From a virus (lineage: Duplodnaviria; Caudoviricetes): a stretch of DNA of 42,653 nt. Shown here piece by piece: positions 9,035 to 17,815 of the stretch. Each line of letters starts with the position of its first letter. Positions within the stretch are counted from its first letter, which is position 1. The stretch is from positions 1 to 42,653 of the IMG/VR virus record IMGVR_UViG_3300043756_000033; one strand, given 5' to 3'. Made by a program: the position numbers and the translations under genes. Below the pieces are notes generated by a model that saw only the letters and a program-made list of their open reading frames with translations, was not told the DNA's origin and did not search any database.

Positions 9035-9540
9035 CAGTATCCCCTCTGTCTCATGCCAGCGGGAAAGCGAACCTCTTCACGCTGGACGTGGCGTCTGCCG
9101 TCAGCCACCTCGACCGGGATGCGGTATCGTGGATTGAGGAAGGCCCACAAGTGGTACTTGTTCGCTTCATCCGAGAGACGGCTTTCGGCCGGGTATATCT
9201 CGAACGCCTCGCACTCCTCGCCGACCAGTTGGTTCTTGATCAGTTGGCGGTGCCGCCAGTCGAACACGGGCGCACCATCGATCCTGCGGATGTTGATATG
9301 CGCCATCTCGCAGCCGAACGCTTCGTTCGTGAAGTAGCGCAGGCACACCTGATAAAGATCGTTGCGCCAGTAGTGGCAGCGTTCGTCGTCGCGCGCCAGC
9401 TTGGCGGCGGCCTCCTCGACGGTCGAACCGTCGTTCTCCGCTTGCAGTTCGGCGAACGCGCGATACCTTGGATCAAGATAGTCCCGAGGATCAACGTGCG
9501 CCTCCTGTAACGGCTTCCACTTGTAGGCCATTCCTCGCAT
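9034..9540 (-). CDS. DUF7694-like phage protein
   Basis: DWRHRQLIKNQLVGEECEAFEIYPAESRLSDEANKYHLW. The start is at 9540 or 9531, downstream of the promoter. Confidence 0.65.
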   Translation of the reverse strand: MRGMAYKWKPLQEAHVDPRDYLDPRYRAFAELQAENDGSTVEEAAAKLARDDERCHYWRNDLYQVCLRYFTNEAFGCEMAHINIRRIDGAPVFDWRHRQLIKNQLVGEECEAFEIYPAESRLSDEANKYHLWAFLNPRYRIPVEVADGRRHVQREEVRFPAGMRQRGY

Positions 9541-9544
9541 CCCT

Positions 9545-9558
9545 TTCACGATGTCAAA
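9545..9558 (-). promoter_or_regulatory. boxA-like leader element TTTGACATCGTGAA
   Basis: Identical 14-mer at 42467-42480. Both copies lie just downstream of minus-strand promoters. Confidence 0.5.
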
Positions 9559-9570
9559 CAACAATAGGAC

Positions 9571-9599
9571 ACCATAGCACATGATCGAACCAATGTCAA
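9571..9599 (-). promoter_or_regulatory. Sigma70-type promoter (leftward)
   Basis: TTGACA-N17-TATGGT with TGTGC immediately before the -10. Confidence 0.7.
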
Positions 9600-9633
9600 G
9601 CGAAAGAATGTACGTCTCTGTAAAGATAACCAC

Positions 9634-9662
9634 TTGACATTCCGACTTGTATGTGCTAGACT
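9634..9662 (+). promoter_or_regulatory. Sigma70-type promoter (rightward)
   Basis: TTGACA-N17-TAGACT with TGTGC before the -10; upstream of ATG 9691. Confidence 0.7.
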
Positions 9663-9690
9663 AGCGTTATAGTCGATTGGAGATAACGAC

Positions 9691-9957
9691 ATGGCAGAGA
9701 AGTCAACGATGATGCTCTATCCGTTCTGGGACGTGTGCAAGACGGCCGAGTTGTATATCAACAAAGGGGCCACCATTCACCAGCAATGGAATTGCGCCCA
9801 CTGCGGCGTCAAGCAAACGATGGCCGAGGCGAACAAGATGTTCATGCAGGGGAAGTGCGAGGAGTGCGGCGAGTTGACCGATATCCTCAAGGACGGCTGC
9901 AATCAGCTTTGCCACTTCAACCTGTCGGAACCTCATCCGGCTCGAAGGCCCAGCTAA
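9691..9957 (+). CDS. Zinc-finger protein
   Basis: CAHC...CEEC; GGAG SD; has its own promoter. Confidence 0.65.
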   Translation: MAEKSTMMLYPFWDVCKTAELYINKGATIHQQWNCAHCGVKQTMAEANKMFMQGKCEECGELTDILKDGCNQLCHFNLSEPHPARRPS

Positions 9958-10843
9958 CGAGACCCTTGCCCTTCAGTTCGAGGGCGCGGTCAACGGCTGG
10001 CGTCACGTCGATACCAGCGAGGTTGGTTTTGCGTCCCCGGGTATCGACGCCGGTTGCCGCCTGCGGGCGCTCGCCGGTCAGCCAATACGGGTCGTTGGTG
10101 TTCCATGGCCCGACGTCGCGGATTTCGCATAACACCGTCTTGCCGTTGGCCTCGTTGCGCACGAACACGTTGGGCCGGTCGTTGGTCGGAAAGCGGTAGG
10201 GCAGCGCCACGCCGAGTTCGGTGTCGGTGATCGGCGTGTCGTCATAGGCCGACTTGTTCGGGTCCTTCTTGCCGCCGAACACGGTGGCGATGATTTCGGT
10301 CTGCCATGCGTGCGCCTGTTGCGGCATGCCGGGCTGCACAGGCGGCGGCGCAGGCGGTGGCACGGGCGGTTTCTTCAGCAGCCCCACCGGCATGTTCCAC
10401 GAACGCGGGTCGTCGTAGGCCAGCTTGTCCGCCTTCACCGAGACGTGCATGTGGCTGTAGTGCCCGTTCGTTCCGGTATACTTGCGCCACGTCCACGGCT
10501 GCTGCGTGGAGGAGAAGATGCGGCCTGCGCTGATGACGTACTTGATCCTGCTATCGCGCTGCTGGCGCAGGAAGTCGGCGAGCATGTGGGTGTCCACGCC
10601 GCTCGCCGGGTCATGCGTGATGTCCAGCGCCGTCACCACGCCCATGCTGCCGTCGCGCACCCACGGGTTATGGTCCGAGGTGCGCGAGGCGTGCGCGGCG
10701 TCGCCGATGGTGCCGTCGTTGCCCTTCTTGCGCTCCGGGGCCAGTTCGTTGATCTGGCTCCGCAACACGTCGAGGCTCTTGGCGAGCCGCCACTTCGCCG
10801 CAGGTTTCGCCGCCACCTTGCGCTTGGCCGCTTTCTTAGCCAT
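9917..10843 (-). CDS. Endolysin: putative Zn-peptidase domain + Pro linker + RlpA-like double-psi beta-barrel domain
   Basis: DGTIGDAAH...SDHNP...ALDITHD...HMHVSV resembles LAS/M15-type Zn ligands. C-terminal GVALP...IRDVGPW...GIDVTPA is the DPBB pattern. Confidence 0.7.
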   Translation of the reverse strand: MAKKAAKRKVAAKPAAKWRLAKSLDVLRSQINELAPERKKGNDGTIGDAAHASRTSDHNPWVRDGSMGVVTALDITHDPASGVDTHMLADFLRQQRDSRIKYVISAGRIFSSTQQPWTWRKYTGTNGHYSHMHVSVKADKLAYDDPRSWNMPVGLLKKPPVPPPAPPPVQPGMPQQAHAWQTEIIATVFGGKKDPNKSAYDDTPITDTELGVALPYRFPTNDRPNVFVRNEANGKTVLCEIRDVGPWNTNDPYWLTGERPQAATGVDTRGRKTNLAGIDVTPAVDRALELKGKGLVSWAFEPDEVPTG

Positions 10844-11255
10844 TGGCCACCTCCTCTACCGCCGGTTCGGGCTTGGCCTTCGGCTTGCGCTTGCGCTTCG
10901 GCTTCGGGCTGGGCTCCGTGACGCGCGGCGGGGTATACTCCTCGCGACCCCTGATCTGCTCCACGGTCAGGCCGGTCAGCTTGGCCAGTCGCTTCGCCTG
11001 CTCCGGGTTGGGGCGCGAGATACCCCGTTTCCACGCGAACAGCGCCTGCCGGGAGACGCCGCAAATCTTCGCCCGCTCCACGTCGGTATCGGCCTTGATC
11101 TTGCGGAGGATTGCCGCCATCGGCTTATTCATCTGGTCATGCAAGCGTTTCGCATGACGCTGAACCCACAGATTGCTGTCGTCCTTCGCCAGCAAGCCGA
11201 GCAATTCCATCGCGCGGTCCATTTCGCGTTTGTTAACCGCTTTCTTCGCAACCAT
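10836..11255 (-). CDS. XRE-family HTH transcriptional regulator
   Basis: RAKICGVSRQALFAWKRGISRP...AKRLAKLTG HTH; GGAGGT SD before ATG 11255; basic C-terminal tail. Confidence 0.75.
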   Translation of the reverse strand: MVAKKAVNKREMDRAMELLGLLAKDDSNLWVQRHAKRLHDQMNKPMAAILRKIKADTDVERAKICGVSRQALFAWKRGISRPNPEQAKRLAKLTGLTVEQIRGREEYTPPRVTEPSPKPKRKRKPKAKPEPAVEEVANG

Positions 11256-11264
11256 CTTACTCAC

Positions 11265-11311
11265 CTCCAAGAGTTTCAATTGACATATAACGTCAACGGG
11301 ATTACCTGACA
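11265..11311. promoter_or_regulatory. Two tandem operator-like sites between the divergent XRE and ERF genes
   Basis: ctccaag-agtttca-attgaca (11265-11285) and cgtcaac-gggatta-cctgaca (11291-11311) are degenerate matches to the genome-wide motif. Confidence 0.55.
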
Positions 11312-11331
11312 AGCACAGTGGAGAAACGTTG

Positions 11332-12090
11332 ATGAACGATGTTGTGAAGCGCGGCGCTCCAGCCATCACGCTGAACGAGACGCTATTGCGCATGCTGTCC
11401 GACCCGAAGGTGTCGGCGGAGAAGATGCAACTGATCATGCAGGCGCAGAAGGATATCTTGGCCGAAGCACAGCGCGCCGAGTTCAACGCGTCGTTTGCCG
11501 CCATGGCCCCGAAGCTGCCGAAGATCGACAAGCGCGGCATTGTCGAACTGATCAAGGACGGCAAGCATTTCGGCAGCTACAACTTCACGAAGTACGAGGA
11601 CATGGACGACGTGATCCGGCCCATCCTCAATGAGCACGGCTTCGTGCTGACGTTCTATCCCGGCACACTGGACAACAAGGCCGTGCTGTACGGTGAATTA
11701 CTTCACACTAGCGGTCATTCCAAGGTCGGGCATCTGCCGCTTGTCCCCGACCCCGGCCCCGGGCGCAACAATCTACAGGCGGAAGGAAGCGGCCTCTCGT
11801 ACCAGAAACGCTATCTCGCCGAACTGCTCTGCAACATCGTGCGCAAGGGCGTGGACGACGACGGCAACAAGGCGCTGGCGAAGCTGGTCACCCCCGAACA
11901 GGTCGCGACCTTGACCAACCTGCTGAACGATACCAAGACGAAGCCGGAAAGCTTCCTGTCCATGATGGTCACCGAAGCGACCACGCTGGAGGCGATACCG
12001 CAGCGCGATTTCACCCGCCTCAAGAATGTACTGGAAGCCAAGGTCAGGTCACTCGCAAAGGACAAACCGGATGACAAGCGAAAAAAGTAA
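11332..12090 (+). CDS. erf: ERF-family ssDNA annealing protein
   Basis: LPKIDKRG...YEDMDDVIRPILNEHGF...LLHTSGH...QAEGSGLSYQKRY...DDDGN. Confidence 0.85.
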   Translation: MNDVVKRGAPAITLNETLLRMLSDPKVSAEKMQLIMQAQKDILAEAQRAEFNASFAAMAPKLPKIDKRGIVELIKDGKHFGSYNFTKYEDMDDVIRPILNEHGFVLTFYPGTLDNKAVLYGELLHTSGHSKVGHLPLVPDPGPGRNNLQAEGSGLSYQKRYLAELLCNIVRKGVDDDGNKALAKLVTPEQVATLTNLLNDTKTKPESFLSMMVTEATTLEAIPQRDFTRLKNVLEAKVRSLAKDKPDDKRKK

Positions 12091-12571
12091 CCCGTGGGCA
12101 ATGAGCAAGAGCGAGCAGTTCGCCGCGCAGATGGAGCAGTTCGCCGCCGACAGCGACGGCAAGGTGCGGGTCTATCTCGTCCGTTACGACGACTACGATT
12201 TGCAGGCGATGGTCCAAATCGGCGAGCCGTGGGCCATCGTGCTGGCCGGGACGGTCGGGCTCTCGCTGAAGAAAATGGGCCAGATGATCATAGACGGCGA
12301 AATGCCGCTGTGCGCGATATGCCAGCACGAATTCGACGGCCATAGCGGCTCGCCGGGTGCGTTCATGATCTGGCTGCCCGATGCCGTGGCAAAGCGCATC
12401 CACGACCCCAAGGAACGCCGCAAGCTGGTGGCGAAGCGCCCCTCCGGCGTCGCGGAGCCGATCTGCATGAAATGCTGCGAGCAGGACGACAGGAAATTGC
12501 TGGCGCACAGCACCGTCATGCTGGAGCACATCTTCAGCGACGTGGAAGTGGTCGAGGAGGACTACAAATGA
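12071..12571 (+). CDS. Hypothetical protein with two CxxC pairs
   Basis: CAIC and CMKC motifs; lies between erf and the exonuclease; start uncertain (12071 or 12101). Confidence 0.6.
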   Translation: MTSEKSNPWAMSKSEQFAAQMEQFAADSDGKVRVYLVRYDDYDLQAMVQIGEPWAIVLAGTVGLSLKKMGQMIIDGEMPLCAICQHEFDGHSGSPGAFMIWLPDAVAKRIHDPKERRKLVAKRPSGVAEPICMKCCEQDDRKLLAHSTVMLEHIFSDVEVVEEDYK

Positions 12572-13266
12572 GCATCATCCATCGCATGCCGCAGGGTTCG
12601 GTCGAGTGGTGGGCTGTCCGCAGCGGCATGCCGACGTCGTCCAATTTCCATAAGGTTGTGACGCCCGGCGGCAAGTTAAGCGAACAACGTCACAAGTATC
12701 TCTATCGTCTCGTCGCCGAACGCCTGCTCGCGGAGCCGATGGAGGATCAGTTGCACGTCGAGTGGGTGGAGCACGGCCGGGAGATGGAGCCCTTCGCCGC
12801 CGCACAGTTTCAATTCCTCGAAAACTGCGAGCTAGAGCCGGTCGGGTTCATCACCACCGACGATAACCGCTTGGGCTGCTCGCCGGATCGCCTCCTGAAA
12901 GACAAGGCGGAGGCCGTCGAGATAAAATGCGCGAGCCCGCCCGTCCAGATTGGTCGGCTCCTCGATGGGCTCGACAACGATTACAAGCCGCAGGTTCAAG
13001 GTCAACTTCTGGTTGGCCAATTCGAGCGTGTCCACTTCTACAGTTTCCACGACCGGATGCCCGGGTTCCATCTGATCACCCTCCCCGACAAGGCGTACCA
13101 GAAAATCCTGCGGCAGCACCTTGCCGACTTCGTGGAGGAACTGGACGCGGCGACCGACCGCGCCCGGGCGCTGGGGGTCTACCAGCCCAGCCCGGCATTC
13201 GAGCGACCTATCGACAGGATCGCCCCGGGCAGGGACCCTGACGCAATATCGGTCATACCCGATTAG
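12568..13266 (+). CDS. YqaJ/lambda-exonuclease family recombination nuclease
   Basis: QGSVEWWAVRSGMPTSS...GREMEP...GCSPDRL...VEIKC...YKPQVQGQL; ATGA overlap with the upstream gene. Confidence 0.9.
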   Translation: MSIIHRMPQGSVEWWAVRSGMPTSSNFHKVVTPGGKLSEQRHKYLYRLVAERLLAEPMEDQLHVEWVEHGREMEPFAAAQFQFLENCELEPVGFITTDDNRLGCSPDRLLKDKAEAVEIKCASPPVQIGRLLDGLDNDYKPQVQGQLLVGQFERVHFYSFHDRMPGFHLITLPDKAYQKILRQHLADFVEELDAATDRARALGVYQPSPAFERPIDRIAPGRDPDAISVIPD

Positions 13267-13276
13267 GAGGCCGCTG

Positions 13277-13489
13277 ATGCGCGTTCAGAGACCTGACCCC
13301 ATGAATGACCATCCTGACGGCGTGACGCTACAGGTGACGCTCTCTCCCGGTCTGAGCGACGTTCTACGGCGACTGGCCGATCAGGAGGGGATGTCCGTCC
13401 CCACCTTCATAGCCGTCCTGCTCAACGAGGCGCTGGGCCATCGCCTGCTCCTCCGACCCTTCCGGGGGCCAGATAAGCCGTCAGATTGA
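13277..13489 (+). CDS. Ribbon-helix-helix DNA-binding protein
   Basis: TLQVTLSPGLSDVLRRLADQEGMSVPTFIAVLLNEAL; AGGAGG SD. Confidence 0.65.
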   Translation: MRVQRPDPMNDHPDGVTLQVTLSPGLSDVLRRLADQEGMSVPTFIAVLLNEALGHRLLLRPFRGPDKPSD

Positions 13490-13735
13490 GTTTCAGAACC
13501 CCAATTTTTGGGGTCAAAAAATAGCTGAGCGATATCAATGGCTTACAGACGGCCAAAATTCGGGTTCCATTTCTTGAAGAAAATCACCGGAAAGCTACGC
13601 AAAAACAACGTGTTAGTGCGTGTTTTTGTGCGTCGCAAAAACGTCCTGTGGCCGAATTCTTCCCCCGAAAGCCGTATGGTTGCCCGTCCAAATTCGCCAC
13701 AGAGCCCGTCCCGCAAAAAATAGTGAGCAAAATCA

Positions 13736-14125
13736 ATGGCCCGAGAGAACCGCCGTTTCACCCCCGCCAGATGGGCCGCTCTGGAGTGGTTCCACAAGTC
13801 GGAACTCGACCCCCTCTACATGCTGCGGGAGTACTGCCCGTCCAGCCGGATGGTCAACGTGATGATTGCGGAGGGCCAGCTAGAACGGGTCAGGACCAAT
13901 GTCATTTACCAGACGAAGCTGATCCTGACCCCGGCCGGGCATCAGGCCCTCGCCAGCAAGCACCTGCGGTTCAACCCACCGGGCGGGAAAGCCAGACGAT
14001 GGGCACGCATATTGCACCGCAGTAAACTGCTAGCACGCCAAGCCGCAGCGCGTCGGGCTGCTGAAGTGCGAGGTAGGTCAAGGCTATTGCCCCGGACACT
14101 GCAACCAGCAGAACTAGACGAATAG
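13736..14125 (+). CDS. Hypothetical protein (possible winged helix)
   Basis: LILTPAGHQAL resembles a wHTH wing. Its 3' end overlaps a convergent gene. Confidence 0.45.
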   Translation: MARENRRFTPARWAALEWFHKSELDPLYMLREYCPSSRMVNVMIAEGQLERVRTNVIYQTKLILTPAGHQALASKHLRFNPPGGKARRWARILHRSKLLARQAAARRAAEVRGRSRLLPRTLQPAELDE

Positions 14126-14309
14126 CCAGCACGGCGAACAGGACGTTCAGCGAGCCCATCACCGACGCCTTCCAAGCGGTGCGGTGGACGTACTCCAGCG
14201 CCTCCCGGCTAGGCGGCGTCGCCGTCGTCGTCGTCGGGGCCGAAGTCCACTGGCTCAGGGGCGGCGGCTGCGGCTGATCCTCCACCCTTCGCTCGCCGAC
14301 CACCTGCAT
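13971..14309 (-). CDS. Membrane protein (2-3 TM), last gene of the virion operon
   Basis: LNVLFAVLAIRLVLLVAVSGAIALTYLAL and LGVLAVYCGAICVPIVWL; AAGGA immediately before ATG 14309. Confidence 0.6.
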   Translation of the reverse strand: MQVVGERRVEDQPQPPPLSQWTSAPTTTTATPPSREALEYVHRTAWKASVMGSLNVLFAVLAIRLVLLVAVSGAIALTYLALQQPDALRLGVLAVYCGAICVPIVWLSRPVG

Positions 14310-14580
14310 CCTTGAACGCGGAGGCGTACTTCCTGACGGCCGATCCGGACTTTCGCTCATTGCCGCTTTCCTCTGCTCGCAGGACGATGAACGCCTGCTG
14401 GATGCGTGCGATTGCGGTCAGGGCTGCGATGCGCTCGCGGACGGTGACTTTCTCCACCTCCTCCGCGTCCTTGCCGCGCCCCTTCTTAACAGGCGGGGCC
14501 TCTAGGTCGTCAAGTAATCTGCTTACCTGCCGGTAGAGCCGCGCGTTGATCTGTAGCGGGTCGGCGTTGTCCTTGCTCAT
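14209..14580 (-). CDS. Hypothetical protein
   Basis: ATGA overlap with the upstream gene, GGAGG SD, helical, acidic C-terminus. Confidence 0.65.
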   Translation of the reverse strand: MSKDNADPLQINARLYRQVSRLLDDLEAPPVKKGRGKDAEEVEKVTVRERIAALTAIARIQQAFIVLRAEESGNERKSGSAVRKYASAFKDAGGRRAKGGGSAAAAAPEPVDFGPDDDDGDAA

Positions 14581-15557
14581 TGCCATCCTCCAACGTGAAG
14601 GTTGGGCCGCTCGTCCTTGTCGTCATCGCGTGCGGTCGCAGCGGGCGGTGCTTTCTCACGCTTCGGCTCTTCGCGTTTCGGCGGCGGCTTGTCCTCCCGC
14701 TCTGGCGAGACGTAGAGCCGTGGGCTGTCGCCCGCGACGGCCGCACCGGCCTGAGGCGCAAGCCGCTTAGTCATCGGCCCGGCTGCACCCGCGATCTTGG
14801 TAAGCGGCGAATAGCCGTGGATCGCGTTGTATATCCGATGCCCCGGCGAATGCCTGTACCATGGAATGCCAATGGCTTGCAGATAGGGTGACACACCCAG
14901 CATGTGAGCCAAGCCGTGCAGCCCGGCGAACTGTCCGGCTGACGTCAGGTGCTCCATGACCGCGCGCCCCTGCGGAGTATTCAGCAAGCGGCTGATGCCA
15001 CCCAGCGCGCCGCCCGCCAACGCTCCGGTTTTGGCGTTTTCGAGGTGGCTTTGTCGGGTCCGGCTTTCGGTCGGCTGCATGAACCCGGACGTTGCACCTT
15101 GTGCTGCGCCCTCGACACCGCGCGAGAGCGCGCCTGTAACCACGCGTTGGGCCGGTCCCCAGCCCATTACCCGCGACACCACCGGGTAGATCGCGCGCGA
15201 CGCTCCCAGTTCAGGCTGGAACATGAACGGCACCGTCTCGCCCGCGAACCGCCCGGCGCTTTCAGCGAAGTTGGCCGAGGGCGCGGCAGCGAACTTGCGC
15301 ACCGGATCATCCGGCAGCTTGGGTGACCACGGTGAGATGTCGCTAACGGTTGATGCCAACCCGGCGAGCCCACGCGCCGCGCCACGGCCGACGTCGAGCG
15401 CAGTCTGTCCCCAGCCACCGCTGTCAGGTGTTTCGCTGGTCGCTGGCGCATTGACGTTGTGAGGTGCGTGGATCGTATCCCATGCATCTTCCGGCGAGAC
15501 GCCTTCAGCCTGTCTCTTGGTGCCGTCCGGCATATCAAATTCGTATTTTGGCATCAC
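14577..15557 (-). CDS. Putative ejection (internal virion) protein
   Basis: Gly/Ala-rich amphipathic segments; position after the nozzle gene is typical of podovirus ejection proteins. Confidence 0.55.
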   Translation of the reverse strand: MMPKYEFDMPDGTKRQAEGVSPEDAWDTIHAPHNVNAPATSETPDSGGWGQTALDVGRGAARGLAGLASTVSDISPWSPKLPDDPVRKFAAAPSANFAESAGRFAGETVPFMFQPELGASRAIYPVVSRVMGWGPAQRVVTGALSRGVEGAAQGATSGFMQPTESRTRQSHLENAKTGALAGGALGGISRLLNTPQGRAVMEHLTSAGQFAGLHGLAHMLGVSPYLQAIGIPWYRHSPGHRIYNAIHGYSPLTKIAGAAGPMTKRLAPQAGAAVAGDSPRLYVSPEREDKPPPKREEPKREKAPPAATARDDDKDERPNLHVGGWQ

Positions 15558-17812
15558 TGCACCTGACGATAGTTCGGCATCGCCGGGGCCGCTGGTAGCG
15601 ATTGTAACCGCAGCATGTCCTTAGCGTGCGCGGAATTGGGTTCGGACGCGTTGGGATCGGTGTCGCCGCTCCCGGCATAGATATCGATCAGGTCGCCAAG
15701 GTCGCCGCGCATCGGTCCCATCACCTTGTCGTACTGCTGTTTGTAGGTTTGCATCTTGCGGAGGGCCAGATGCTCCATGTTGTGCAGACTAGCGATGACG
15801 GCTTCCGGCGTCTTGCCCCTGAAGTCAAGTTGGCGAGCCGCCTCCTCCTGCGCGCCGACATGAACGCCTCCGGTGCCACCAATGGCTTTGGCGAACTCGT
15901 CGCGCACCGTCTGCTGATCGACACCGAGTTGATTGATTAGTTCGACCGTGCGTGCGGAAGGCTGCATCCCGGCCGGAAGGAAACGCGAGCCGCCGAGATA
16001 CAGTTGCCAAGTGTACGGGTTCTCGCGCTTCAACTCTTCCAGATGCCTGACCATATCGCCCGCGTGCAGGTGCAGCGTTGCGATGGAGTTGATCGTGCGG
16101 CCCTGCGGTCCATGAGAGAATGCGTTGTACATCGAAATTCTTTCCTTGAATTTCGCTGCGTCGAAGGTTGGATCAACCATCTTGCCGAGCGCCCAGACAC
16201 GCTGTTGGTAGGCTGCGTTCTGCCATGCCGACATGGGCGGTGGCGCGCGACCGCTGGTGTAGGTTTCCAGCGACGCGGCGAAGTACGGATCGAAACTCCT
16301 GACGGCATCGATCACGTCCTTGCCCTTCAGGTCGCTCTTGGCGACGCGTTGATACTCCTGCTCATACTCCGCCGCCCGCGCCGAAATGATCCGGCGGATG
16401 CTTTTGGGTAATGCGCTCGCCTCTGATTGTGTCAGGGTCTTGTTGGCCAGCTTCAGCGCATACTCGTTGATCAGTTGATCGTTGTTTAGTCCCATCTTGT
16501 GGAAGGCATCGATGGCCGCCGAAGGTGCCATCTTCCATGGGGTGACCCGCAATCTCTCAGGCGAGCCCGCCGCGACACCTGACGGCGCAGCACCTCCCGG
16601 TGCCGCTGCCGCAGGAGCGCCCGTGGGCGCGGGACTTGGTTTGGCTGGCTGGTCGCCGCCGCCATCGCCGCCCTCTTCGTCCGGCTCGTCATCCTTCGCC
16701 ATGATCGGCGCACCCGCCGCCTTCGCACCCTCCGCCAGACTGGCGGGTGTTGCGGCGGGTGGCGGTGCTGCGACTGCTGGCGCGGCTGACGTGCCGGGTT
16801 CATCCGGCCCGATGTCAGGTGTTTCCCTGTCACTCGGCAGGTTGTTGATATCGAAGTTGACGTCACCTTTATCCGGGATGGTCGGAATATCGTTCGCGCC
16901 GGTCGTCGGTGCTGACGGTGCGGTCGCTGCCGCTCCACCTGCTGACGGCGCTGCCGGGGGGGACGGTGCCGTGGCTCCGGTGGCCGGGTTCACGCGGAAC
17001 GGATCAAGCGCGTGCTCCTCGTCGTCTATCTTGCCCTTGAGTATCTTGTTGCGCGCCCGTGCAGTGTCGAGGTCGATCATCGCTTTTTGCTTCTTCAAGT
17101 CCTCGTTGGTGCCGTCGAGGTGCTTGAGATGCCGGTCGAGCGCACCCCAGTCCTTGCTTGCGAGGATATTCTGCACGTAGCTGTCGCCATACTCGTTGGC
17201 GATGCGGCTGATTTCGTCGTGAAACTTCTCCTCGTTGAAGTCGCTGCCCGGCTTGCTGGGATCGGGACCGTAGGTCGCATAGGCGTTGGAGTACTTGCGC
17301 AGCAACTCCTGCAAGCGGTCCTGCACGATCTGCTGGTGCATCAGGTAATTCTGCCGATTGAGTTGCGCGGCCTGTAGCTGGCCCTTCTGGTAGGCTTGCG
17401 TCCCGGCGAGGAACGACCGGCCCATCGTGATCGCGGGCATGCCGATCATCGGCGGGGCAAAGCGGCCAAGCTTCATCGTGACGTCGTGAACCATTGCCGG
17501 GATGTCGCGCTCCGTGGGCATGAACTGACCGAACGGCATCTGTCCGTCCGGAAAGTTCTTCATTCCCTGTGTCACGTAATCATCTTGACCCCAGTCGCCG
17601 TGCGCGCGGTCGCGCAGCGCAGGGTTCTCCGACGTCGGGATGTACGCCTCACGCCCGCGCTCCAGTTGCGCGAAGCCGAACGGGGTCTCCTCGCCGCCGC
17701 CGTGAAACTCCGACCGGGTGCCGAAGTCACCGCGCTGTGGCGGCATATTCTGACGCCAGTATTCCTGCGGCGACTGTCCAGTGTTTGACTTGTCATCGCT
17801 GGTATCAGACAC
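15554..17812 (-). CDS. Putative large ejection (DNA-transfer) protein
   Basis: 752 aa, helical domains separated by a long Pro/Ala linker; genomic position. Confidence 0.6.
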   Translation of the reverse strand: MSDTSDDKSNTGQSPQEYWRQNMPPQRGDFGTRSEFHGGGEETPFGFAQLERGREAYIPTSENPALRDRAHGDWGQDDYVTQGMKNFPDGQMPFGQFMPTERDIPAMVHDVTMKLGRFAPPMIGMPAITMGRSFLAGTQAYQKGQLQAAQLNRQNYLMHQQIVQDRLQELLRKYSNAYATYGPDPSKPGSDFNEEKFHDEISRIANEYGDSYVQNILASKDWGALDRHLKHLDGTNEDLKKQKAMIDLDTARARNKILKGKIDDEEHALDPFRVNPATGATAPSPPAAPSAGGAAATAPSAPTTGANDIPTIPDKGDVNFDINNLPSDRETPDIGPDEPGTSAAPAVAAPPPAATPASLAEGAKAAGAPIMAKDDEPDEEGGDGGGDQPAKPSPAPTGAPAAAAPGGAAPSGVAAGSPERLRVTPWKMAPSAAIDAFHKMGLNNDQLINEYALKLANKTLTQSEASALPKSIRRIISARAAEYEQEYQRVAKSDLKGKDVIDAVRSFDPYFAASLETYTSGRAPPPMSAWQNAAYQQRVWALGKMVDPTFDAAKFKERISMYNAFSHGPQGRTINSIATLHLHAGDMVRHLEELKRENPYTWQLYLGGSRFLPAGMQPSARTVELINQLGVDQQTVRDEFAKAIGGTGGVHVGAQEEAARQLDFRGKTPEAVIASLHNMEHLALRKMQTYKQQYDKVMGPMRGDLGDLIDIYAGSGDTDPNASEPNSAHAKDMLRLQSLPAAPAMPNYRQVQ

Positions 17813-17815
17813 GGC

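Noticed and set aside
11280-11296. TTGAC-N7-GTCAA as an FNR/FixK box
   Set aside because: FNR-type boxes have a 4-bp spacer. This is better explained as the inner halves of two adjacent copies of the genome-wide motif.
13490-13735. A-tract-rich interval and ORF 13538..13723
   Set aside because: No SD and atypical codon use. It may be bent regulatory DNA, but I could not define a motif.
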